Shown: piece by piece, positions 17,496 to 25,497 of the stretch
How positions within the stretch are numbered: position 1 is the stretch's first letter
Layout of the letters: every line of letters starts with the position of its first letter
Source of the DNA: Candidatus Pacearchaeota archaeon
Lineage (GTDB): Archaea; Nanobdellota; Nanobdellia; Pacearchaeales; UBA284
Direction of reading: 5' to 3'
Assembly (NCBI GenBank): GCA_038895375.1
Contig: JAWANM010000004.1
Location: 1-44,394, forward strand
Length of the DNA stretch: 44,394 nt
Notes under the pieces: model-generated
Databases searched by the model: none
What the model was told of the DNA's origin: nothing
What the model saw: the letters and a program-made list of their open reading frames with translations, nothing else
Made by a program: the position numbers and the translations under genes

Positions 17496-18704
17496 ATGAT
17501 AATAGATTATTTCAAGTTGGCAATAAAAAATTTGAAAAGCAGACGCTTGCGAAGCTTTTTAACAATACTTGGAATTGTTATTGGAGTTGCAGCTATAGTT
17601 GCTTTGATCTCCTTAGGACAAGGACTTCAAAGCAGCGTTGTTGAACAGTTTTCAGTTTTAGGATCTAATACTCTTACAATAACGGCCCGAGCAAGCATAA
17701 GAACTATCGGAGCCAAACTTCCCTCTCCATTGACAAAAGAAGATAAGGAAACGGTAAGCAAAGTCAGAGGTATCGATATTGTTATCGGCGGACTTTCAAG
17801 AGTAGCTAAATTCGAGTTTAGAGACGAAGTAAGATATGCTTATATTTTCTCTCTACCAGACGATACTAAAGAAAGAGAAAGATTTATAAGGGACAGCAAA
17901 GCCGAACTTGCCGAAGGAAAACTTTTCAATCCTAATGAAAAGGAAGAAGTTATCGTAGGAAGTGATTTTGGTAAGCATATTTTCAATAGAAAGATAAAAT
18001 TACGAGAAGAAATAAAAATTCAGGATCGCTCTTTCAAAATTGTTGGGATTTTAAAGAAAACCAACAACCCACAAATAGACAGAGTGGTAGTAATGTCGGA
18101 AAGTACCTTAAGAGAATTGCTAAACATATCTAATGAGTATGATTTTTTAAGTGCTAAAATAAAATCCGGAGAAGACATCGACGCTGTTAAGCAAAATGTT
18201 GAGAAAGCTTTAAGAAAATCGAGAAATGCTGAGAAAGGGAAAGAAGACTTTAGCGTAGAAACGCCAGAACAAATAATTAGCACATTTAAAAATATTCTTT
18301 CGATTGTTCAAGGTGTTCTTACGGGTATAGCTGCAATATCTCTTGTTGTTGGCGGAATAGGAATAATGAATACAATGTATACTAGCGTCCTAGAGAGAAC
18401 GCGCGAAATCGGAATAATGAAAGCCATAGGTGCAAAGAACTCGGACATACTTCTAATTTTTTTAATAGAAGCAGGTTTCTTAGGCTTGATAGGAGGCGCA
18501 ATCGGAATAACTCTTGGAATCGGAGCTGGCAAACTTGCTGAAATCTTGTTGGCAAAGACTGCTGCAATGATAAAAATTGCAACTCCCGTTTGGCTTATCT
18601 TCGGTTCATTAATTTTTTCATTTCTAATCGGAAGCCTTGCAGGAACTTTGCCTGCCATTCACGCTTCAAGATTAAAACCTATCGAAGCTTTAAGATACGA
18701 GTAA
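17496..18704 (+). CDS. ABC transporter permease (MacB-type: extracytoplasmic domain plus FtsX-like 4-TM domain)
   Basis: 402 aa. N-terminal TM helix, a roughly 230-aa extracytoplasmic domain, and a C-terminal FtsX domain (...GGIGIMNTMYTSVLERTREIGIMKAIGA...). Confidence 0.85.
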   Translation: MIIDYFKLAIKNLKSRRLRSFLTILGIVIGVAAIVALISLGQGLQSSVVEQFSVLGSNTLTITARASIRTIGAKLPSPLTKEDKETVSKVRGIDIVIGGLSRVAKFEFRDEVRYAYIFSLPDDTKERERFIRDSKAELAEGKLFNPNEKEEVIVGSDFGKHIFNRKIKLREEIKIQDRSFKIVGILKKTNNPQIDRVVVMSESTLRELLNISNEYDFLSAKIKSGEDIDAVKQNVEKALRKSRNAEKGKEDFSVETPEQIISTFKNILSIVQGVLTGIAAISLVVGGIGIMNTMYTSVLERTREIGIMKAIGAKNSDILLIFLIEAGFLGLIGGAIGITLGIGAGKLAEILLAKTAAMIKIATPVWLIFGSLIFSFLIGSLAGTLPAIHASRLKPIEALRYE

Positions 18705-18726
18705 CTTGGTTAAATATAAAATAATT

Positions 18727-19164
18727 TTAACGATAACTTTTCTGTCTTGCAGCTCTCGCTTTACTATCGTTCGGTTTTCTCATTTCTTTTCTTCTGGTGT
18801 CCGCAACAAGCAATGCACGATCGTAAGAAAGAAAGGCTTTCTTTAGTTCTGGTTTTTTGAAATAAGCAAGCAATGCGCGCGCAATAGCCAATCTTGAAGC
18901 TTCTATCTGGCCTTGCACGCCGCCTCCTTTAACATTAACTTCTATATCGACTGCTTTAAGATCGTTGCTTAAGATAGGCCTAGCAATAACAAAAGGTTCT
19001 TGAAGCTCGAGTTGTTGAAATTGATTGAAAAGCTCTATCGGCCTTTTATTAATAACGACTTTTCCTTGTCCCGGTTTTATAGTAGCTTTCGCTATAGCCT
19101 CCTTTCTCTTTCCAGCGACGACTATTTGACCTTTCTTCAATTTTTTTTCTTTTATCTTTTTCAT
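18727..19164 (-). CDS. rps9: 30S ribosomal protein S9 (uS9)
   Basis: GKRKEAIAKATIKPGQGKVVINKRPIE ... C-terminal ...ARQKSYR. Confidence 0.9.
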   Translation of the reverse strand: MKKIKEKKLKKGQIVVAGKRKEAIAKATIKPGQGKVVINKRPIELFNQFQQLELQEPFVIARPILSNDLKAVDIEVNVKGGGVQGQIEASRLAIARALLAYFKKPELKKAFLSYDRALLVADTRRKEMRKPNDSKARAARQKSYR

Positions 19165-19165
19165 T

Positions 19166-19576
19166 TTATTGCTTTTGTCTTATTAAATTCGAAAGCTTTT
19201 CGAGAGTTATGTATTTTGTTTTTATCTCTTTTTCTAACCTAATGGCTTCTTTATCTTTGAACTCTTCCGGGACCCCTAAGAAACACTTAACTCGCTTAAA
19301 AGCCTCTCTGCCTCTTGCTTTCTTCCATGGAAGCATTCCGCGGATTGCTCTTCTTAAAATCATTTCTGGCCTTCTCGGAAATTTCGGTCCTTTTTGCACG
19401 CCTCTTCCTAATTGCAATCTTTTAATGTATTTTTCTAAAATTTTTTCAGGCGAACCTGTAATTATTGCTTTTTCCGAATTTATTATAATAATATTATGCC
19501 CTTGCAAAGCTTTTTTTGCTGCAAAACTTGCCAATCTTCCTACTACTGCATTTTGTGCATCTATAATTATTTCCAT
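19166..19576 (-). CDS. rpl13: 50S ribosomal protein L13 (uL13)
   Basis: IIDAQNAVVGRLASFAAKKALQG..., in the conserved L18e-L13-S9 order. Confidence 0.9.
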   Translation of the reverse strand: MEIIIDAQNAVVGRLASFAAKKALQGHNIIIINSEKAIITGSPEKILEKYIKRLQLGRGVQKGPKFPRRPEMILRRAIRGMLPWKKARGREAFKRVKCFLGVPEEFKDKEAIRLEKEIKTKYITLEKLSNLIRQKQ

Positions 19577-19577
19577 T

Positions 19578-19952
19578 TTAAATTATTATTTTAAAATTTT
19601 TATTTTTGCTTTCTTCGACAAATTGCTCAATTGTTTTAAACTTTGAACCAGAGCTTTGTATTTTTTGAAGAGCTTTTTTCGATGCTTTAAAAGCAACAAG
19701 CTCTATTTTTTTATTCAAATTTCCTTTACTAAGTACTTTACCTGGAACTATGATTGTGTCACCATTTTCGCTCTTCTTATCGATTTTTTCTAAATTAACC
19801 TCGACTTGCTTTCTTCTCGGCAAAGCAAGATAACGCGCAACAACCAATAACTCGGGCTTTTCTTTCGAAGCTTTTTTCAACTTAAATATCGTTTCCTTTA
19901 GTTCCAAATTTTTCCTTTGTGCTTTTTTGTTAATTTGAGTTTTGCTTAGCAT
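19578..19952 (-). CDS. rpl18e: 50S ribosomal protein L18e (eL18)
   Basis: 124 aa, basic, with ...ARYLALPRRKQVEVNL...VPGKVL..G.L.KK... . It holds the conserved position upstream of L13. Confidence 0.8.
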   Translation of the reverse strand: MLSKTQINKKAQRKNLELKETIFKLKKASKEKPELLVVARYLALPRRKQVEVNLEKIDKKSENGDTIIVPGKVLSKGNLNKKIELVAFKASKKALQKIQSSGSKFKTIEQFVEESKNKNFKIII

Positions 19953-19990
19953 CTTAACATTTTTCCTTTTGTACTTTTAAATTTTATGTA

Positions 19991-20086
19991 TGCGGGAGAC
20001 AGGATTCGAACCTGTGCAGGCACTAAGCCATACGGTTTCCACCATAGGCCTTAGCCGTACCCGTTTGACCGCTCCGGCACTCCCGC
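19991..20086 (-). tRNA. tRNA-Leu (class II) with a 12-nt intron; apparent anticodon AAG
   Basis: Acceptor, D arm, variable arm and T arm are nearly identical to the tRNA-Leu at 14505..14588. The anticodon stem TACGG/CCGTA encloses 19 nt (CTAAGG-CCTATGGTGGAA-A). Removing 12 nt at the canonical 37/38 site (plus-strand 20037..20048) leaves the loop CTAAGGA. Confidence 0.8.
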
Positions 20087-20130
20087 ATAAAATAGAAAAT
20101 AAAAAGGTTTTATAAAAGTTTGCAAAAAAA

Positions 20131-20916
20131 TTACTTTATAGCCTTATCGAGCTGTTTGAGATTTTTATTCAAAATCTCTACTGCCTCGATAAATATTTCT
20201 TTAGGAGTTTTTTGACCAAAACTTTCTATATGGAAAACAAAATCCTCTTGGCTTGGTTTAATAGTTATTGCATTTTTAAGCTCCTTGCACAATTCAACGC
20301 AAGCTTCACAAAGATCGCACTTCAAAGGATCGATCGTTATGTTTTTATCTTTAACGGTTATTGCTTTCTTTGGACATACATCAAGACACTTCATACAAAG
20401 ATCGCAACCTTTTATTGTTACTTCTGGCAAAGCATTGAACCATATCAAGCCACAAGAAAACTTAGCATGCTCTTTTGCCATGCCTAAAACAGCTTCTGCA
20501 ACCAGCTCCAATTCTTGATCCTTTTCTAGCACTACCAAAGGCATTTCTCCATACACCGGCTCGCAATCTTTTGCCTTTAGCTCTGAAGCATACACTGTCT
20601 TTGGACCCTTTGCTTTCAATTTTAAAACAGCCGTGCACTTCAAGCAACCTTTACCCTTGCAAGAACATTCTTCTTTAGAAGTAAAAGTTTTTGACGCTTT
20701 CAAAGGCACCAAGCCAAGTCTATGTGCAAGAATTTCGTCGTAAAGAGCAGAATCGTTTTTGTAAAATTCTACTGTATCGATTGCAAGTACAGGAATTTCC
20801 GTAGCTGCACGCCTTATAGCGTTTGCAAAGCTAAAATTAATTCCTCTAATAACAAAAGACATTTTTTCTTCACTTTCGTAAATCTTTTCAATTTTCATTT
20901 TACACTCTTCTTCCAC
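20131..20916 (-). CDS. rpoD: DNA-directed RNA polymerase subunit D (Rpo3/Rpb3) with a ferredoxin-like Fe-S domain
   Basis: AIDTVEFYKNDSALYDEILAHRLGLVPL, plus two Cys clusters (CDLCMKCLDVCP, CDLCEACVELC). A start at the internal Met (20898, MKIEKIY) would remove the 17-nt overlap with S11. Confidence 0.9.
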   Translation of the reverse strand: MEEECKMKIEKIYESEEKMSFVIRGINFSFANAIRRAATEIPVLAIDTVEFYKNDSALYDEILAHRLGLVPLKASKTFTSKEECSCKGKGCLKCTAVLKLKAKGPKTVYASELKAKDCEPVYGEMPLVVLEKDQELELVAEAVLGMAKEHAKFSCGLIWFNALPEVTIKGCDLCMKCLDVCPKKAITVKDKNITIDPLKCDLCEACVELCKELKNAITIKPSQEDFVFHIESFGQKTPKEIFIEAVEILNKNLKQLDKAIK

Positions 20917-21292
20917 GCTTACCGCCTTTAACTTTTGGTCCTCCTCTTGGATATGGAGTCACATTAGATATATTTAAAATTTTTAATCCTTCTTTCGCCA
21001 AAGTTTTTATAGCAGCATTAGCTCCAGGACCTGGAGAAGGTGCAAGTTTGTTGCCTTTTCCCTTTACGCGAACAAAAACACTCGTTATGCCGAATTCTTT
21101 TGCTTTTTCTGCAGCCGTCTTTGCTACGAACATTGCAACAGTAGGATTTGCTTTCAATCTGTCGTGCTTGGTAATCTGGCCTCCGGATACTCTTGCAATA
21201 GTATTGCCAGCCAAGTCTGTAATGTTAACAATCGTGTTATTACACGTAGCTTTTATATTTGCTATTCCTATTATCTCCTTTTTCTTGGTCAT
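20900..21292 (-). CDS. rps11: 30S ribosomal protein S11 (uS11)
   Basis: IGIANIKATCNNTIVNITDLAGNTIARVSGG.... Confidence 0.9.
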   Translation of the reverse strand: MTKKKEIIGIANIKATCNNTIVNITDLAGNTIARVSGGQITKHDRLKANPTVAMFVAKTAAEKAKEFGITSVFVRVKGKGNKLAPSPGPGANAAIKTLAKEGLKILNISNVTPYPRGGPKVKGGKRGRRV

Positions 21293-21293
21293 T

Positions 21294-21746
21294 TTATTCT
21301 TTTGTTATGCTTGTTTCTTCCTTTACACTAACGATTCTTCCGGGAACATTGCATGCAGCTCCATTTATTTTAATTTTTTTATGAACAATTAATTGTCTTG
21401 CTTCTTTTATTGTTCTCGCAAGTTTTTTCTTGAAAACTATTGTTTGAAGTCTTCTATTCAAAATATCTTCTTTTGTTAAAGCAAGAACATCGTCTATAGT
21501 CGCATTCTTGCTTACTAAACCCAGTTTATTTAGATGTTCTATAAATTCTTCTTGTTTTTCTGGATGCAAAATTAATTTTTTTGCTTGTTCTCTTATTTTT
21601 CTTAGTTTTGCTTCTGCTTTCCAAATTTCTCTTTTGTTTTTTAAACCATATTTCTTGATAAGTTCTCTTTCTTCTGCTATTCTTGCTGCATCGTGAAGTT
21701 TTCTAGGTTTCTTATATTTTTTCCTTTTTCTTTTTGGATCTCCCAT
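21294..21746 (-). CDS. rps4: 30S ribosomal protein S4 (uS4)
   Basis: MGDPKRKRKKYKKPRKLHDAARIAEERELIKKYGL..., with a C-terminal S4 RNA-binding domain. Confidence 0.9.
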   Translation of the reverse strand: MGDPKRKRKKYKKPRKLHDAARIAEERELIKKYGLKNKREIWKAEAKLRKIREQAKKLILHPEKQEEFIEHLNKLGLVSKNATIDDVLALTKEDILNRRLQTIVFKKKLARTIKEARQLIVHKKIKINGAACNVPGRIVSVKEETSITKE

Positions 21747-21748
21747 TT

Positions 21749-22213
21749 TTATCTTTTTCCAGAAACTTGTGGTTTCTTTACGCCTTTTACTCTTCCTTTT
21801 GTCTTGGCTCTAAAGTGCGATTTCGTTCTTTGTCCTCTTACAGGCTGTCCTAGCATGTGTCTTATACCACGATAACATTTAATTCTTTTTAGTCTTCTAA
21901 TATCGAACTCTCTCTTAAGATCCACGTCTGCTCCTATAAGATGCGTGCTTTCTCCTGTTTCAAAATCTTTTCTTCTATTCAAAAGCCATTCTGGAACTTT
22001 CGGATTTTTTATGAAATCTAGAATTTTTTCTATTTCAGAAGAGGTTAAAGAAGAAATCTTCCTTTTTTTGTCTAATCCTAAAGCGTTGCATATCGCATTA
22101 GAAAAACTCCAAGAAATTCCTTTTATTTTTGTCAGGCCTGCATAAATAGACATATGGCCAGGAATGTCTGTTCCGGCAATTCTTACAATTGTTTTTTCTT
22201 TTTCTTCTTCCAT
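21749..22213 (-). CDS. rps13: 30S ribosomal protein S13 (uS13)
   Basis: RIAGTDIPGHMSIYAGLTKIKGI..., with a basic C-terminal tail. Confidence 0.9.
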   Translation of the reverse strand: MEEEKEKTIVRIAGTDIPGHMSIYAGLTKIKGISWSFSNAICNALGLDKKRKISSLTSSEIEKILDFIKNPKVPEWLLNRRKDFETGESTHLIGADVDLKREFDIRRLKRIKCYRGIRHMLGQPVRGQRTKSHFRAKTKGRVKGVKKPQVSGKR

Positions 22214-22214
22214 T

Positions 22215-22760
22215 TTATTTCACAAAAAGAGGATGCCTTACTTCTTGTGTCAGCTCCTCGAAAAGTCTTTTTTCAATGACTTTTTTAGGGTCGGGTATGT
22301 TTTTAAGTCTTTGCTTTATGTCCTGAAAGCTCGTAAAAGGTTTTTTCTCTCTTTCTTTAAGGATCATTTCTGTATACTTTTTACCAAAACCCGGAAGCAA
22401 TTCAAGTTGATGCACTCTTTTGTTTATAGCATTGCATGTATTGAAAAATTCTACAAATCTGCTTTCTTGCTCTGAAACAACTCTTTGAACAAAATCTTTA
22501 AGCTGAATTTTTGCTGTTTCTGTAAGCTTTTCTTTCGGAAGTTTCCCTTTAATAAAGTATATTTTGTCTCTTTTATCTTGACCGATATAAACTTCTTCTT
22601 TAAGTTGTAGAGTTACATTACGCTTAGGAACTAGCTCTAGAAGCGTGAAATGTTGTAATCCGACAGCTTGCGCTATGGCCATTCTTTTCGTATCGAATGG
22701 ATAGCCATGAGGTAAAAAGTCTAGGATTATTGCCCTTTCTTCTTTCATTTTCTTTTTCAA
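22215..22760 (-). CDS. DUF655-family protein (OB/HhH nucleic-acid-binding protein of the archaeal L21e-RpoF cluster)
   Basis: ERAIILDFLPHGYP... at the N-terminus and a helix-hairpin-helix LELLPGFGKKYTEMILKEREKKPFTSFQDI at the C-terminus. Its neighbourhood with rpoF and L21e is conserved. Confidence 0.7.
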   Translation of the reverse strand: MKKKMKEERAIILDFLPHGYPFDTKRMAIAQAVGLQHFTLLELVPKRNVTLQLKEEVYIGQDKRDKIYFIKGKLPKEKLTETAKIQLKDFVQRVVSEQESRFVEFFNTCNAINKRVHQLELLPGFGKKYTEMILKEREKKPFTSFQDIKQRLKNIPDPKKVIEKRLFEELTQEVRHPLFVK

Positions 22761-23077
22761 GCTCTGTACTTTTGCACAATTTCAAGTATTTTTTGGATCT
22801 CATCTTGCTTCAAGGAAATTTCCGGACTCGTTATTTTCCTTAAATCTTCGGCATCTTCTGGCAGCAAATCTATGATCTTGACGATTTCCTCTTGTCTTAG
22901 GCCAAAAATGTTTAAAGCCTCCAATTCTTTTCGTAATTCTTGAGCCTTTGCTGCGCTTATTTTATTAAATTTTTTAATAAAAGCTTCCAATTTCTTAATT
23001 TTTTCTCTATCGTCTTTTAATTTGCTCAACAATTCCTGAACTTCTGCTAGCGATAAAGCTCTTGCTTGTTTTATCAT
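22757..23077 (-). CDS. rpoF: DNA-directed RNA polymerase subunit F (Rpo4/Rpb4-like)
   Basis: 106 aa, helical. The call rests on size, position between L21e and DUF655, and the Rpb4-like HRDC-type pattern (LSLAEVQELL...IVKIIDLLPEDAEDLRKI). Confidence 0.7.
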   Translation of the reverse strand: MIKQARALSLAEVQELLSKLKDDREKIKKLEAFIKKFNKISAAKAQELRKELEALNIFGLRQEEIVKIIDLLPEDAEDLRKITSPEISLKQDEIQKILEIVQKYRA

Positions 23078-23337
23078 TTTTTTATCTTTATTGGTTTTAA
23101 ATGTGCTGTGGTTGTTATTATTCTCTTAACGACTTTGCCATTTAAAAACTTCACTACATAAGCCCTGCCTTGTTTTTTTTCTATTGTGCCTATCTTGCCA
23201 TGAAATCTTTCTGGGAATTTTCCTTTTGCTTCTGAAACATCAAGAACCAAGGCTACTTTATCGCCAGGTTGGTAACAATGAAAATACTGGCTAAGTCTTT
23301 TTTTTCCTTTTTCTCTTACTCGCTTCCTCGATTTCAT
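23074..23337 (-). CDS. rpl21e: 50S ribosomal protein L21e (eL21)
   Basis: MKSRKRVREKGKKRLSQYFHCYQPGDKVALVLD...FHGKIGTIEKKQGRAYVVKF. Confidence 0.85.
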   Translation of the reverse strand: MKSRKRVREKGKKRLSQYFHCYQPGDKVALVLDVSEAKGKFPERFHGKIGTIEKKQGRAYVVKFLNGKVVKRIITTTAHLKPIKIKK

Positions 23338-23639
23338 TTTTTAAATTTATGCTTTACTTCGACAAGCAACTTGTCAATTAATTTATCTAGTGCTTTATAA
23401 AGATTAGCGTCCTCGGCTTTTGCCGAAATAGCTTTTCCTGTACTGAAAAACAAATCTGCTCTTAGCTCGTGAATTATTCTCGTTAAATGTTTATATTCGT
23501 GCTTGTGTTGTTTTAGTTCTATACTCAAAAGTTGATATTTAATATTTATTTTCTCTATCCTTCTTGCAATAATTTTCTTAACAGCTTCTAGCTCGCTTGC
23601 GTCAAGGTTCTCGAAACCGATTAGCCTTAAATCTGGCAT
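23334..23639 (-). CDS. HPF/RaiA (ribosomal S30AE, ribosome-hibernation factor)-like protein
   Basis: 101 aa. It aligns by eye along its full length with short bacterial HPF (beta-alpha-beta-beta-beta-alpha). The C-terminal TGKAISAKAEDANLYKALDKLIDKLLVEVKHKFKK compares with E. coli HPF (from memory) [34 protein letters not shown]. It overlaps the L21e start by 4 nt. Confidence 0.6.
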   Translation of the reverse strand: MPDLRLIGFENLDASELEAVKKIIARRIEKINIKYQLLSIELKQHKHEYKHLTRIIHELRADLFFSTGKAISAKAEDANLYKALDKLIDKLLVEVKHKFKK

Positions 23640-23690
23640 TTTTTAAATAAGAAGATTTGTTTTAAAAATCTTACTTAAAAAATCGTCTTT

Positions 23691-24386
23691 TCAACTAAAC
23701 AATCTCTTCAGAGTGTCCAAAGTATAAAGGATTGTTGCAAGAGCTTGGTTCTTGGATGGTTCAAAAATTTTCTGCCTTTTGTGTACGCTATGAATCCTGA
23801 GCTGATTTATTAAAGAAATTTGATTGCTCAGTCCGGGATCAAGCTCGATGCCTTTTTCTTTTACTCTTCTTATAAGATTTCCGAGACCTATGCCGGGAGC
23901 TTCTTCAAGCAAATCGCGATTTGTCAATTCAAAATACTTCCTATGAAAAGCGATTTCTAGTATCTTAGCGCACAGCATCATTACGCTTCTATAACAACCA
24001 TGCTTCAAACAAACTTCTGCTTCTGAAAAATTCTTCTTTACTTCAGATTCTATTTCTTTGGGTAATGAAGGCAAAACAAAAGTGAATGCTTCATGATTCT
24101 GCTTTTCTTTTGCTTCTATAGCCGAAAGAATTGAAAAAAGAATTTCTCTAGCTTTAAACAAATTTTCGTGATTCTTTTTTTCAAGAAGCTTGGAAACCTC
24201 TTCTAGCTCACGAAAGTCTGGAAAGCTCTTTTTAACTTTTAAAAACAAATTATCTATTTCTTTGGCATAATATTCTTTTTCTCTTTGTCTGTAACTAAGA
24301 GGCTTTCTTATTTCTTGTTTTTCAACAAAAATTTCTTTATCGATTACAAAATCTATTTTTGAAAGCAGTTCATGAATTTCCTTCAT
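23691..24386 (-). CDS. Coiled-coil protein with a C-terminal DUF4145-like domain
   Basis: 231 aa. The C-terminal half (FSEAEVCLKHGCYRSVMMLCAKILEIAFHRKY...LGNLIRRVKEKG...LINQLRIHSVHKRQ...QALATILYTLDTLKRLF) has the DUF4145 helix pattern, including the (R/N)x(S/A)xH motif. It overlaps the upstream nuclease gene by 17 nt. Confidence 0.5.
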   Translation of the reverse strand: MKEIHELLSKIDFVIDKEIFVEKQEIRKPLSYRQREKEYYAKEIDNLFLKVKKSFPDFRELEEVSKLLEKKNHENLFKAREILFSILSAIEAKEKQNHEAFTFVLPSLPKEIESEVKKNFSEAEVCLKHGCYRSVMMLCAKILEIAFHRKYFELTNRDLLEEAPGIGLGNLIRRVKEKGIELDPGLSNQISLINQLRIHSVHKRQKIFEPSKNQALATILYTLDTLKRLFS

Positions 24387-25023
24387 TTTTCAGCTTTTGC
24401 TCTTCAATTTTTTCGCATTCTTCGATATAAGGACAATAATCGCAGCGCCAGTCTTCTAAATCCTTTGGAATTTCTGGTACAATGTTTTTATCGACAAATT
24501 CTTTAAGCTTGTTGAATTCCGAAAATATTTTTTTAACAATGTTTTCGTCATAATTTATAAGAAATTCCTTGAGTTCTTGTGTATCTTTGTTTTCATAAAT
24601 AAGAATTCCTTTTTTAATTTTAAAAAAATACAAATAAAGCTGAAGTTGTTTTACATGGTCCTCGTCTGGAGATTCTTTTTTAAATCTTGCTGCATTGACG
24701 CTCTTTATTTCAACAACATAGGGCTCGCCCTTGATATTTATTATAGCGTCTGCTCTTCCATGAATTAGCTCGTTGTTCGGAATTTCGATTTCTACAGCAT
24801 TGACAAGCCCTAAAGAAAATAAAACGCCAAGGATGCGCATATGCGTATGGTCTCCGTGTTCAAAAATTCTCATAACTCTAGCATCTATTTCTTTCTTAGG
24901 ATAATTCTTAAGCGAGAACCATATAGCTCTAGGACATTTACCAGCATCTGAAACAAAAAAAGTTGTCTTTTCTTTTTCTGTTTTTTTTGTCTTGTAAAAT
25001 TCATCGATCAGTTCCTTGATCAT
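24370..25023 (-). CDS. Cas4-like PD-(D/E)XK nuclease with a 4-Cys Fe-S cluster (RecB/DUF83 family), stand-alone
   Basis: An N-terminal Cys (DAGKCPRAIW), D-x(n)-E-x-K (GRADAII...VVEIKS), the QxxxY motif (VKQLQLYLY), and the C-terminal CDYCPYIEEC. No cas genes or CRISPR array are nearby. Confidence 0.75.
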   Translation of the reverse strand: MIKELIDEFYKTKKTEKEKTTFFVSDAGKCPRAIWFSLKNYPKKEIDARVMRIFEHGDHTHMRILGVLFSLGLVNAVEIEIPNNELIHGRADAIINIKGEPYVVEIKSVNAARFKKESPDEDHVKQLQLYLYFFKIKKGILIYENKDTQELKEFLINYDENIVKKIFSEFNKLKEFVDKNIVPEIPKDLEDWRCDYCPYIEECEKIEEQKLKNEGNS

Positions 25024-25064
25024 AAATAAACAATATACTCAAGGTTTTTTAGCTTTTCTCATTC

Positions 25065-25412
25065 TTATTCATAATAACCGCTCTCTCTTAAATGCCGAAG
25101 ATATTCTTTATCGATAATGCTTCTACGACCAGTACGGCCAAAACGGCCAGCACGGCCAAAAGAGTTTGTATAAAACGACTTTTCTTCTTCGATTTTTCTT
25201 TTTGATTCGTCAAGAAAATGCGTGTAAAGAGAAATGTAAACAAGTCTCCACATCAAATCTTGAGATTGAACTTTTGACAAATTTTTATAAAAAACTTCAG
25301 ATGCTTTAAGCTCTAGTTCTGAAATACAACTGAAGAATTCTTTATGCTTTTTACAAAAATCTTGTACTGCTTTTCTAACGGTTTCGTTATAAAACTCTTC
25401 CTGCGGAAGCAT
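25065..25412 (-). CDS. Hypothetical protein (115 aa) with an Arg/Gly-rich segment
   Basis: ORF only. Contains GRAGRFGRTGRR. It is the first gene of the apparent three-gene unit with the Cas4-like and DUF4145 genes. Confidence 0.4.
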   Translation of the reverse strand: MLPQEEFYNETVRKAVQDFCKKHKEFFSCISELELKASEVFYKNLSKVQSQDLMWRLVYISLYTHFLDESKRKIEEEKSFYTNSFGRAGRFGRTGRRSIIDKEYLRHLRESGYYE

Positions 25413-25497
25413 TTTCGATTTTTTTAAAAATATATTTAGTGCCGTTGGAAGGTAGTATATTATTTATTTTTTGACTTATCAGTATAATAACAATTCC

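Noticed and set aside
19209-19646. 145-aa plus-strand ORF
   Set aside because: It lies entirely antisense to the L13 and L18e ribosomal protein genes, has no motifs, and is a shadow ORF.
23684-23691. CGTCTTTT at the left edge of the accessory region and its inverted partner AAAAGACG at 32898..32905, as terminal inverted repeats of a 9 kb island
   Set aside because: Only 8 nt match and the flanks do not extend the pairing. This is easily chance in two AT-rich intergenic regions.
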